Shown here piece after piece: positions 17,816 through 25,512 of a DNA stretch of 32,000 nucleotides (positions are counted from its first letter, which is position 1; every line of letters begins with the position of its first letter). Origin of the DNA: Ktedonobacterales bacterium (lineage in GTDB: Bacteria; Chloroflexota; Ktedonobacteria; Ktedonobacterales; JADMIN01); assembly GCA_030167145.1 (NCBI GenBank), contig CP126532.1:1170001-1202000 (forward strand). Reading direction: 5' to 3'. The notes beneath the pieces were generated by a model. It was not told the origin of the DNA. It ran no database searches and saw only the letters and a list, made by a program, of their open reading frames with translations. A program made the translations under genes and the position numbers.

Positions 17816-18749
17816 CCTCGCCGTCACCGTGATGGGAGACCTGAACATCGAGATTGCGTCCGAGCTCAAGGACCACGCCTTCGTTACGCTAGACCATGAT
17901 CTCCTCGTCTACGGCAATGTGCAGCTCGAAGTTGGCGGCACCGCAGCCAATTTTGCGATGGCGGCCCGCGGTTACTTCGGCGAGATCCACGTGATCGGGA
18001 AGGTTGGCACCGATGACCTCGGGCCGATAATCACGCATCGGCTTGCAGGTATGGGCATTCACGTGCACTGCAGCACAAGCTCGTCAACGCCGACGGGGCT
18101 CGCTATCTACCTGCGAGATGCACACTCTTCGCGGCCCAAAGGTACTCGCCTCCTCATCGTGCAGCCAAACTCGGCAAACCAGGCACTGACGACATCAGAT
18201 ATTGAGCAACAGGCACAGGTCTTCGCGGACAGCGATTTGCTCGTCCTAGACGGCTATTGCATGCTGCAGCAGCCCCGACGCGATGCGAGCCTGCTGGCCA
18301 TGCAGATTGCTCACGCCAGCGGCGCGTTGATCGCGTTCGACATCGTTCCGCATGACGCGTACAACTTGTACAGCCTGGATGCACTGTTGTCGATGACTGC
18401 CCTCGCAGACGTTATAATCGTCGAGGTCGGAGCCATTCGGCGCTTCCTCGGCCGTCCCGTACCCGATGGGACGATAGACGTCGACATTGCCTTGGAGACA
18501 GCAGAGGTATTGCGTTCTACGTTAGCCGAGAAGGCGTACCTGCTGAGGTTTGGTTGGGGCGGTAGCGATCAGTCCCTCGTATGTCTGCCAAAAAGCGCGC
18601 CGCGTCATAGTTTCACTGGCTACCGACAGGCGGCGGGATCTCGCGGGTTCGGTGATCAGCTCGCGGCGCGCGAACTGGCTGATATTACGCCGACACTTAG
18701 AACGGTTGGGACGCAGGGGCACGGCGATAGACAAGGTGGAGGAGAGTAG
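17805..18749 (+). CDS. PfkB/ribokinase-family sugar or nucleoside kinase
   Basis: 314 aa. VTVMGDLNIE start, GGTAANFA motif, and a C-terminal GSRGFGDQLAA segment resembling a divergent DTxGAGD motif. Overlaps the NUDIX gene by 11 nt. Confidence 0.7.
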   Translation: MRPSLAVTVMGDLNIEIASELKDHAFVTLDHDLLVYGNVQLEVGGTAANFAMAARGYFGEIHVIGKVGTDDLGPIITHRLAGMGIHVHCSTSSSTPTGLAIYLRDAHSSRPKGTRLLIVQPNSANQALTTSDIEQQAQVFADSDLLVLDGYCMLQQPRRDASLLAMQIAHASGALIAFDIVPHDAYNLYSLDALLSMTALADVIIVEVGAIRRFLGRPVPDGTIDVDIALETAEVLRSTLAEKAYLLRFGWGGSDQSLVCLPKSAPRHSFTGYRQAAGSRGFGDQLAARELADITPTLRTVGTQGHGDRQGGGE

Positions 18750-18752
18750 GCG

Positions 18753-20303
18753 ATGAGCACCTCGGAATGCGTACTTTCAGAACAGATCCGGCCTTACATA
18801 CGTCGCGCGCTTGCAGCCGGTGATCACAACTACACGGCGTGTGGAGCGACCGACGAGGAAGCTGGAACGGAACTCGCCATTGCCCGATCGATCGAGCGAG
18901 CATATATTATGGGCGTCAGCGAGCCATCTCCGGCAACACCACATGGCGAACCCGCGCTGGTGGTACCTGTGAACGTTGGCTCCCAGGCACTATTGGCAGC
19001 TGTGTTCCGCACCGAGTCCGGGTATCAGGCAGTGCTGCGGGACCTAGGCCAGGGTAAGTTTGTCTTCGGTGACGACAACACAACCTTCGGACGATGGAAC
19101 GCACTCGCGGCATGTACGCCAGCAGGGCAAGTTATCGAGATCTTCCGGGGGCATGGTGGGGAGATCATTCCCGGTAAGCTATCTGATCATATCGAACGTC
19201 TCCGCGACAACGTCAGGGGCGGGCAGCGTCGACCGGTACAGATGGACATCGACATAAGTATGGCGTGCGCGTCGCGGTGCAGTTTCTGCTTTTCGGCCGA
19301 CTACCGTGCCACGCGTAAGCGTGACATGATGATGGACCAGCAGGTGATGCTCGGCCTGATACGAGAATGGGCCGAACTGGGCGTGAAGGTTGTCCGTTTC
19401 GACGGGGGCGGCGACCCGTTGACACATCCTCACATCTTGGAGGCCATCCGGCTGTCTACGGACCTCGGCATGCAGACAGCGGTCCTCACGAGCGGTGATC
19501 TGCTGGACGAGCGGCAGTTTGAGACACTTGTCACCTGCCGCACCTATGTGCGGATAAGCCTCAATGCCGGCTATGATGCTACCCGCCTTCTGCTGCACGA
19601 TCCGGTTTCGACCCGGTATGACGTTTCACGGGTACTGGCCAATGTCCAGCGTTTGAGCAGCCTGCGCATGCAGACCTATGGTCCCTCGGCTCAGCAGCAG
19701 ATGTTACTCGGTGCCACATGTATGCTCCACCCGGCGAACGGCGGCGAAGTCTATCGGATCGCTGAACGAGCGAAAGAGGCTGGCTTCGATCACCTATCGT
19801 TTCGGGTGATCCTCGGGGCGAAGCATGCGGTCCAGTTCACAAGCTCCTTGCAGGATGCAGTAGACGAGCAATTCGCGCGCATCGGCAAAGACCTCGTGGA
19901 TGAATCGTTTCTCGTCTTCTTCCCCACGCGTCCGCTTACTGACACTGGCTACGTCCCTCAAGAGTTCTTCCCTGAATGCCTGGCCTGTACACACCGCATG
20001 CTGATCGAGGTCGGTCATCGCTCGGACGTGGCAGCTCTTGTCCCCTGCGGGCGGTATCGCGGTCACGGCTTTCGCTGGTCGGCTGAAAACGCTGAGCGTG
20101 TCACCGTCTTCGGGCATGTCCAGCCTCCGGGGCGGGTTGCCGATATCTGGATGAATGACCGAATGCGCAGCCTAATTGCGAGTTTTCCGCAGGCATGCTC
20201 GGACTGTATTGACAGGTCTGCCAACCTGTTCTTTGGCCATATCACAGGGGTCCTGCACCGTCATGGTGATGCGCAGTTCTACAGGTTCGCTACAGTGGAC
20301 TGA
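18753..20303 (+). CDS. Radical SAM enzyme with an uncharacterised ~170-aa N-terminal extension and a Cys-rich C-terminal region
   Basis: 516 aa. CX3CX2C cluster motif CASRCSFC (Cys172/176/179, nt 19266-19289), GGGDP (GGE-like SAM motif), then VLTSGD and RISLNAG strands as in MoaA/viperin-like cores. C-terminal cysteines are CLAC...PCG...CSDC. Starts 3 nt after the PfkB stop. Confidence 0.8.
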   Translation: MSTSECVLSEQIRPYIRRALAAGDHNYTACGATDEEAGTELAIARSIERAYIMGVSEPSPATPHGEPALVVPVNVGSQALLAAVFRTESGYQAVLRDLGQGKFVFGDDNTTFGRWNALAACTPAGQVIEIFRGHGGEIIPGKLSDHIERLRDNVRGGQRRPVQMDIDISMACASRCSFCFSADYRATRKRDMMMDQQVMLGLIREWAELGVKVVRFDGGGDPLTHPHILEAIRLSTDLGMQTAVLTSGDLLDERQFETLVTCRTYVRISLNAGYDATRLLLHDPVSTRYDVSRVLANVQRLSSLRMQTYGPSAQQQMLLGATCMLHPANGGEVYRIAERAKEAGFDHLSFRVILGAKHAVQFTSSLQDAVDEQFARIGKDLVDESFLVFFPTRPLTDTGYVPQEFFPECLACTHRMLIEVGHRSDVAALVPCGRYRGHGFRWSAENAERVTVFGHVQPPGRVADIWMNDRMRSLIASFPQACSDCIDRSANLFFGHITGVLHRHGDAQFYRFATVD

Positions 20304-20310
20304 CCGCTCT

Positions 20311-20330
20311 TCCCCGCGGTGGGGGCTTTT
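20311..20330 (+). terminator. Weak candidate terminator after the radical SAM gene
   Basis: tCCCC-gcggt-GGGGg short GC stem followed by CTTTTG, 8 nt after the stop codon. The stem is only 4-5 bp. Confidence 0.3.
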
Positions 20331-20448
20331 GCCCGACGATAGCCACCGCTGCTAGATTTCGCTGGGAGGACACATGTGGAAGGCACAAGAGCGGTTGCAC
20401 GGTTTCCGTCCGAGTGTCGACTAGGCGCACCACTGCTCTGGTGCTAAC

Positions 20449-20880
20449 ATGAGGAGAATGGACATGCCATCGCACGGAATCGTCGCCCTGATACGCAACG
20501 ACCTTGAACAGTACTTGCTACTCGAGGACGCCCGGGAACCCATGCTGGGCTACTGGGCGCCACCTCATGGCCGTTGCGAGCCGACGGATACCTCAGAAGA
20601 GCAAAGTATCGTGAGGGAAGTCCTAGAAGAAACGGGGCTCACAGTGACGCCTCTCGAAAAAGTCTTCACCCAACCAGCCGACACTAAAGTCAAGACTGTC
20701 TCGTTCTGGCTGGTCCACGCAGCATCGGCCTCAACTATAGGACTCAATGACGAGTCATCTGCTTATGGATGGTTCGATATCGAGAGTCTGCTCAAGCTAA
20801 GACTCTACCCGGGAACCAGGACATTCTTTGAGCGAGTCCTAAACGGTGAGGTTAGGCTTGGCCAAGACGAACACTCATAA
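20449..20880 (+). CDS. NUDIX hydrolase (second copy, divergent from the first)
   Basis: 143 aa. Nudix box PPHGRCEPTDTSEEQSIVREVLEETGL. Separated from the radical SAM gene by 145 bp. Confidence 0.8.
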   Translation: MRRMDMPSHGIVALIRNDLEQYLLLEDAREPMLGYWAPPHGRCEPTDTSEEQSIVREVLEETGLTVTPLEKVFTQPADTKVKTVSFWLVHAASASTIGLNDESSAYGWFDIESLLKLRLYPGTRTFFERVLNGEVRLGQDEHS

Positions 20881-20933
20881 CCGCCCCACTCGTCGAGATA
20901 CCAAACAAGTAGCTTCTCCACCTACGAAGCTTA

Positions 20934-23009
20934 TCACGGCTGCACATCAAACCTCGACCGTTTCTTCACGCCGTACTGCCGTAGTATCTTCTTGACGCTC
21001 TTCATACCAATGCCATAGTGATCCGCGAGCACCTGTTTCGGTGCTCCAACCTTGAACGCGACAATGAGCCGCACAATATCCTGCTCGCTCAATTTGTCAC
21101 GGATTCGCCAAATTCGTCGTCTAGGGAACAACAACGCCCGTGCCTGAGATTGCTGCTTCAGAATAGTGGTCGAGTGCGTTTGCAGGTAGCGCGACAACTG
21201 CGGGTTCAAATTGAGTCGCGTCAGCCCAACCAAATGATGTATGTTCGAACCCTGGACCCTCTGCCGGCCAGGGTTTTGCTTATCTATCGGCAGTGGCCCG
21301 CGTGGCCGCTCAGCATACGGTCGCTCCCGCGTCTCAGCGAGCGTATCCAGCAGGTTTAGGGTGGACTGGCGCAGGCGGTAGTACATGTCGTCCTCGCCGC
21401 CTACCGCCGTGGCAGGCTTGCGCTGTTCCGCAAAGGCCAATTGGGCGTCGAGTGTTAACAGTTCCGCGAATGGTTCGGTGAGTTCGCAGCCAGCAACGGC
21501 GGTGTCCAGGACCCAGAGCTTCTCGAAGACGGTCTGCACGAGCAGCAGTTTGAGCCCTTCCGGCAGGGCATCATACAGCACTTGTGGGCTCTCGGTGAGC
21601 ACCAGCGCGGTATCGAGTGCCTGGGTGATGCTCTCCAGCTCCACGCTCCACTGGGCAATGATCGCGTCAGCCGCCTGAATGCCCTGCCGAAATGTCGCCT
21701 GCTCCGCTTTGAACTCGTCCAGGTCGAGCACCCCGGCGTAGTAGGCGGCCTTAGCCTTCTGCCGCCGCTGCTCGAGGGCGACGATCCGGCGCTGCTGCTG
21801 CTCGATTTCGACCGCGCCTTGCTCGTGTTTGCCGGCGAAGTTCTCCAGGATGGCCGCACGTAGGGCGTGCCGGCGTGCTTCGGGGATGCGCACGCGGGCC
21901 CACTGGGTGCGCACTGCGCGCACGACGTCGGCGACTGAGATGTACCCCTGCGGACAGCGGTTTTTGTCGACCTGGCGGCCCAAACAGAAGAAGTAGGGAT
22001 ACGCTCTGCCGATACGCCGATTCTTGGCGACGGTGATGCCGAGCCGCCGGCCGCACCGCGCACAGTAGAGTACACCCTTCAGGTGGTGTGGCCGCTTCTT
22101 TGATTTGTCCTTATTCTGAGCGCGCGCATCGAGCAGGGCCTGCACCCGGTTGAACGTGGCCTCATCGATGAGCGGCGGATGTGCTCCCTGGTACGCCACT
22201 CCGCTGAACCACACCCAACCGGCGTAATAGCGATTCCGGAGCAGCCGTTGCATGGTTTGCCGATTGGTCGGTCGCTCGGGCAAGCGCCGGTTGGCAGGCA
22301 GCCGTAAGCCTTGATCATTGGCGTAGGCCGCGACGTCCGCCAGGGTATAGAGGCCGCTGTCGTAGCGCTTGAAGCAGTCGGTCACGATCGGTCCGAAGGT
22401 CTCGTGGACGCGCACGTCGCCGATGTCCTTGCCGAGCTTCGTGATCTTCACGCGCACGTTCTCGTACCCGATGGGGACGAAGCCGGGGGTGCCGCCGTTC
22501 TCGGCTTTCTTACGCATCCCCTTCTTGGCTTCCTCACTCAGGTTGGCGGAGTACCACTCCGCGATGTCGGCCATGATGCCGTGGACCAGCCGACCCGAGG
22601 GACTGTCGTCGATGTTCTCAGTGCAGGAGACGAGCCGCACGCCGTTCTTGGCGAGCAGCAAGCCGATCTGCACGTCGTCTTCGCGATTTCGCGCCAGCCG
22701 GTCGAGCTTGTGGACCAGGACGTACTGGATGTCAGTGTCTTCCTTGATGCGGGCCAGCATGGCTTGCAAGGCGGGGCGGTCCGCGGTGCGGGCACTCTTG
22801 CCGCGGTCCACGTATTCGTCTACGAGCTGCACGCCTAGCTCGGCAGCTTTTCGCTGGCAGTAGTCACGCTGCGCCTGGATGGAAAAGCCGTCCTCGTCGT
22901 AGCTGGTGTTGGCTTGGTCGCTCGTCGAGACGCGAAAGTAGGCGACACCAACACGCAGGCCGTTGACCGGCGCGCGCTGTGGTTCCGGGTGGGCGCGCTT
23001 GGCGGGCAT
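20934..23009 (-). CDS. Large serine recombinase (resolvase/invertase N-domain, recombinase domain, zinc ribbon and coiled-coil) with an extra C-terminal HTH tail
   Basis: 691 aa. VGVAYFRVSTSDQ (catalytic Ser), LVHKLDRLARN, Cys-rich YCARCGRRLG...FFCLGR...CPQG, then a long helical region. The C-terminal ...DIVRLIVAFKVGAPKQVLADHYGIGMKSVKKILRQYG is HTH-like. Confidence 0.9.
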   Translation of the reverse strand: MPAKRAHPEPQRAPVNGLRVGVAYFRVSTSDQANTSYDEDGFSIQAQRDYCQRKAAELGVQLVDEYVDRGKSARTADRPALQAMLARIKEDTDIQYVLVHKLDRLARNREDDVQIGLLLAKNGVRLVSCTENIDDSPSGRLVHGIMADIAEWYSANLSEEAKKGMRKKAENGGTPGFVPIGYENVRVKITKLGKDIGDVRVHETFGPIVTDCFKRYDSGLYTLADVAAYANDQGLRLPANRRLPERPTNRQTMQRLLRNRYYAGWVWFSGVAYQGAHPPLIDEATFNRVQALLDARAQNKDKSKKRPHHLKGVLYCARCGRRLGITVAKNRRIGRAYPYFFCLGRQVDKNRCPQGYISVADVVRAVRTQWARVRIPEARRHALRAAILENFAGKHEQGAVEIEQQQRRIVALEQRRQKAKAAYYAGVLDLDEFKAEQATFRQGIQAADAIIAQWSVELESITQALDTALVLTESPQVLYDALPEGLKLLLVQTVFEKLWVLDTAVAGCELTEPFAELLTLDAQLAFAEQRKPATAVGGEDDMYYRLRQSTLNLLDTLAETRERPYAERPRGPLPIDKQNPGRQRVQGSNIHHLVGLTRLNLNPQLSRYLQTHSTTILKQQSQARALLFPRRRIWRIRDKLSEQDIVRLIVAFKVGAPKQVLADHYGIGMKSVKKILRQYGVKKRSRFDVQP

Positions 23010-23011
23010 CG

Positions 23012-23662
23012 CTACACCGCTTCCCCCAGCAGGTAGACTGGCGTGCGCAAGCGGAAGTAAGTGCTCGTCGCCCGCTTGGATTCGTCCGCATCTTCCAGCA
23101 ACCCCATCTGGCGCATGCGGACATCCATGGCGCTGACCGACACTTCAAACAGGGTGGCGAGGTTGTAGACATCCTGGATGCCATTGGCCCAGCTGTTCTT
23201 GACCCAGGTTTTCGGCATCAGAAAGCAGGCCGCGAAGTGCTGACACAGCGCTTCCACGTGCGCGCGCCGTTTCTCGTCGTCGCCGTAGCCGAAGCGTTGG
23301 TAGGCCAGCCGGTCGAGGGAGTGGTCAATGACGTGCTTGAACTCGTGCGCCAGGGTATAACGCCGGCGGCCGTGAATGTCATTCTTATCGACGAAGATGG
23401 TCCAGTGACCCTTATTGAAGTGGCTGATCCCCGCGAAGTGGTTCATCAGGTAGCTCGGTTCGAGCTCGACTTCGAGATTCGGCAGCTGCAGCAGCTTGTC
23501 GTACCGGACGGGTGGCGCCTGAATATCGAGCAGCTCCAGCAGCTTGTAGGCCTGCCGCTCGGCCACGCTGTAGGCTTCCATCAGCGTCAACGGCCGGCGC
23601 GGCATGAGGTCGCGCACTTGCTCAATGACCGTTCGCTCGTTCGCTGCCTGCATCTGCCCCAT
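23012..23662 (-). CDS. ImmA/IrrE-family zinc metallopeptidase (anti-repressor protease)
   Basis: 216 aa. HEFKHVIDH (HExxH). Located between an XRE repressor and a recombinase, as in ImmR-ImmA-Int modules. Only 2 nt separate its stop from the recombinase start. Confidence 0.85.
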   Translation of the reverse strand: MGQMQAANERTVIEQVRDLMPRRPLTLMEAYSVAERQAYKLLELLDIQAPPVRYDKLLQLPNLEVELEPSYLMNHFAGISHFNKGHWTIFVDKNDIHGRRRYTLAHEFKHVIDHSLDRLAYQRFGYGDDEKRRAHVEALCQHFAACFLMPKTWVKNSWANGIQDVYNLATLFEVSVSAMDVRMRQMGLLEDADESKRATSTYFRLRTPVYLLGEAV

Positions 23663-23704
23663 ACCGTCACCCTCCTTGTCATTAGTTGCTTTCTATTCCT
23701 TCGT

Positions 23705-24067
23705 TCACGGTGCGCCATGATCACGGTCGTACTTGTCCAGAATGTCCCGCAGCGCCTCGCTCGCCGCCGCTAGCGCCTCGGGCGGCAGCCGGTACTTGGC
23801 CCGCAGGTACGGCGTCAGGCTCGGCAGCTTCTCGCTCGGCCGGTAGCCGACAAAGGCGAAGAGGTCGTCGCTGTCCAGCTCCAGCGCCTCGGCCAGTCGG
23901 TGCAGCAGGTCGGGGCTGGGATTTTCCAGCTCGTCGTGCTCGAGCCGGAGCAGCAACTGCCGCGACACGCCAACGATCGCTTCCAGGTTGCGCAGCGAAA
24001 AGCCAGCGCGTTCCCGGGCCTGTCGGATGGTCGTGCCGAGGGTACTGGGTAGGGGGTGGTCAGTCAT
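23705..24067 (-). CDS. XRE-family helix-turn-helix transcriptional repressor (ImmR-like)
   Basis: TIRQARERAGFSLRNLEAIVGVSRQLLLRLEHDE is an HTH_XRE. I prefer the ATG at 24067 (AGGAAG RBS, promoter-like elements at 24093-24123) over the ORF-track TTG start at 24136. Confidence 0.85.
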   Translation of the reverse strand: MTDHPLPSTLGTTIRQARERAGFSLRNLEAIVGVSRQLLLRLEHDELENPSPDLLHRLAEALELDSDDLFAFVGYRPSEKLPSLTPYLRAKYRLPPEALAAASEALRDILDKYDRDHGAP

Positions 24068-24092
24068 AGCCGCTTCCTTGCTTACTGCTGCC

Positions 24093-24123
24093 AGTGTAGC
24101 ACAGTTGTCACGCAGTCGTGACA
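24093..24123 (-). promoter_or_regulatory. Candidate autoregulated promoter/operator of the XRE-ImmA-recombinase operon
   Basis: The minus strand has an extended -10, TGcTACACT (-10 hexamer 24098-24093). A perfect inverted repeat, TGTCACG-cagt-CGTGACA (24106-24123), overlaps the -35/spacer region. The half-site CGTGACA recurs at 24217-24223, within a tandem TGACACCAATT repeat (24219-24229 and 24231-24241). Confidence 0.4.
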
Positions 24124-24274
24124 GTGAAATCGACAACGGGTCGGTGGATTGATGGCGTGTATCGAGGTAAGCGTTGAGGACAGTCTGTGCTGAACGCGGG
24201 CGAAGGGTAGCGAATGCGTGACACCAATTTTGACACCAATTGGAGCGAACGAACGCGAATTTCGGCGGCCGAGC

Positions 24275-24318
24275 GCGAACAAACGAAACGCGGGAACCCA
24301 GAAATGCCGGGCTCCCGC
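24275..24318 (-). terminator. Rho-independent terminator of ssrA
   Basis: The minus strand reads GCGGGAGCCCGG-CATTT-CTGGGTTCCCGC, a 12-bp stem including two G-U pairs (hairpin 24318-24290). It is followed by GTTTCGTTTGTTCG and starts about 20 nt after the tmRNA CCA end. Confidence 0.55.
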
Positions 24319-24339
24319 GCTCGTGCTCCCGAGGAGCGG

Positions 24340-24706
24340 TGGTGGAGATGGGGGAGAGTCGAACTCCCCGTCCAAACAGGCGACGAAGACGATATGCTAC
24401 AGGCGTAGCCGATGTGTTGATGACGCGCGGCGGCCTCCCATCGGCAAAATGCCGCCGCGCCTACCCGCTGCTCTTGATAGCCGTTAGCGGGCGGTCCCGA
24501 CTATCACAGCCCGACTTGGTGACGCCCGTACCCGACCCATCAGGCGGAGGTCGGACGGACGCGCTTCACTGGTGTTTAAGCAGCGAGAGCGAGAGCTGGC
24601 CGATTGTTGGCAGCTATTGTTTTGCCAGTTGTTTTACGAGGCTGCGATACTGGCACCTCGGCCTGCAAACGTCCACTTCCCCTGCCTGTCGAAACCCGAC
24701 ATCCCC
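24340..24706 (-). ncRNA. ssrA: tmRNA (transfer-messenger RNA, SsrA)
   Basis: The minus-strand 5' end GGGGATGTCGGGTTTCGACAGG (from 24706) and 3' end GGACGGGGAGTTCGACTCTCCCCCATCTCCACCA (ending 24340) form a tRNA-Ala-like acceptor stem with a G3-U pair and a T-arm. The internal tag ORF GCC AAC AAT CGG CCA GCT CTC GCT CTC GCT GCT TAA (24610-24575) encodes ANNRPALALAA. The gene lies 40 nt downstream of smpB. Confidence 0.92.
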
Positions 24707-24745
24707 GGAAAGCGACGAACACTCCCCCAGTATACCACAAAGCCG

Positions 24746-25216
24746 TCAACCGCGCATGTGTTGCTTGGTGATGCGCGCTAGTTCGCGCTGCGACTCGCGC
24801 TCGGCGATGGCTTCGCGCTTGTCGTAGAGCTTCTTGCCGCGACACAGCCCTAGCTCCACCTTCACGCGGTTCTCGTGAAAATACAGCTTCAGCGGCACCA
24901 GCGTCTGCCCCTTCGCCTGCACGCGCCCGATCAGTCGGTCAATCTCGCGACGGTGCAGCAGCAGTTTGCGGGTGCGGGTCGGCTCGTGATTCAGATACGT
25001 CCCTTGCTCGTATTCGGCAATGTGCATGCCTTCGATCCACACCTCGCCATTGCGGATGTGCGCGTAAGCGCCGCGCAAATTCACACGCCCCCCGCGAATA
25101 GACTTGACCTCGGTGCCGCGTAGCGCGATCCCCGCCTCGATGGTTTCGTCCACAAAATAATCGTGGTACGCCTGGCGATTGGTCGTCACCGTATAGGAAT
25201 GTTCGGCCATCAGCAT
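24746..25216 (-). CDS. smpB: SsrA-binding protein SmpB
   Basis: 156 aa. ...NRQAYHDYFVDETIEAGIALRGTEVKSIRGGRVNLRGAYA...LVPLKLYFHENRVKVELGLCRGKKLYDKR is the canonical SmpB sequence pattern. Confidence 0.95.
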   Translation of the reverse strand: MLMAEHSYTVTTNRQAYHDYFVDETIEAGIALRGTEVKSIRGGRVNLRGAYAHIRNGEVWIEGMHIAEYEQGTYLNHEPTRTRKLLLHRREIDRLIGRVQAKGQTLVPLKLYFHENRVKVELGLCRGKKLYDKREAIAERESQRELARITKQHMRG

Positions 25217-25512
25217 CTATCTCTTTCCGCACGCATTCCGCGCCTGCCAGACGTTTCCGCATTGCCGCGGATGTCCCGGCTCGCCGGAGCGCGCTATAAC
25301 TCTACATGAGACCCCCGCGCCCGCGCGACACACAGCGCGGCAACGAGCGGAGGCATAGCAAACCTTTGTGAAAATGTAGACAAAGACGATACACATAGTG
25401 GTGGTCCGCGCTTCGTGGCGCAGAGCGGCGCGCGGTACACCCGGTCATTTTACGCTGGCGCGCTTGACCACGGCAAGCCGCGCCTGTGCAGTAGAGATAG
25501 CGGGGCGCAGAG

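Noticed and set aside
20905-20925. TCTCCACC near the recombinase 3' end as a duplicated tmRNA 3'-end attachment repeat
   Set aside because: It is only an 8-nt match and sits in the opposite orientation to ssrA, so it cannot be a direct repeat. It is likely coincidental.
21018-23773. Off-frame ORFs within the recombinase and ImmA genes (21455-22075 minus, 21751-22056 minus, 22311-22863 plus, 22979-23773 plus, and others)
   Set aside because: The same DNA encodes well-supported recombinase and ImmA frames. The alternatives are compositionally biased shadows.
24082-24845. ORFs overlapping the ssrA locus (24082-24375 minus, 24214-24408, 24218-24487, 24240-24827 and 24572-24781 plus, 24576-24845 minus)
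   Set aside because: The region is fully accounted for by tmRNA, its terminator and the XRE promoter region. The translations are Arg-rich and not protein-like.
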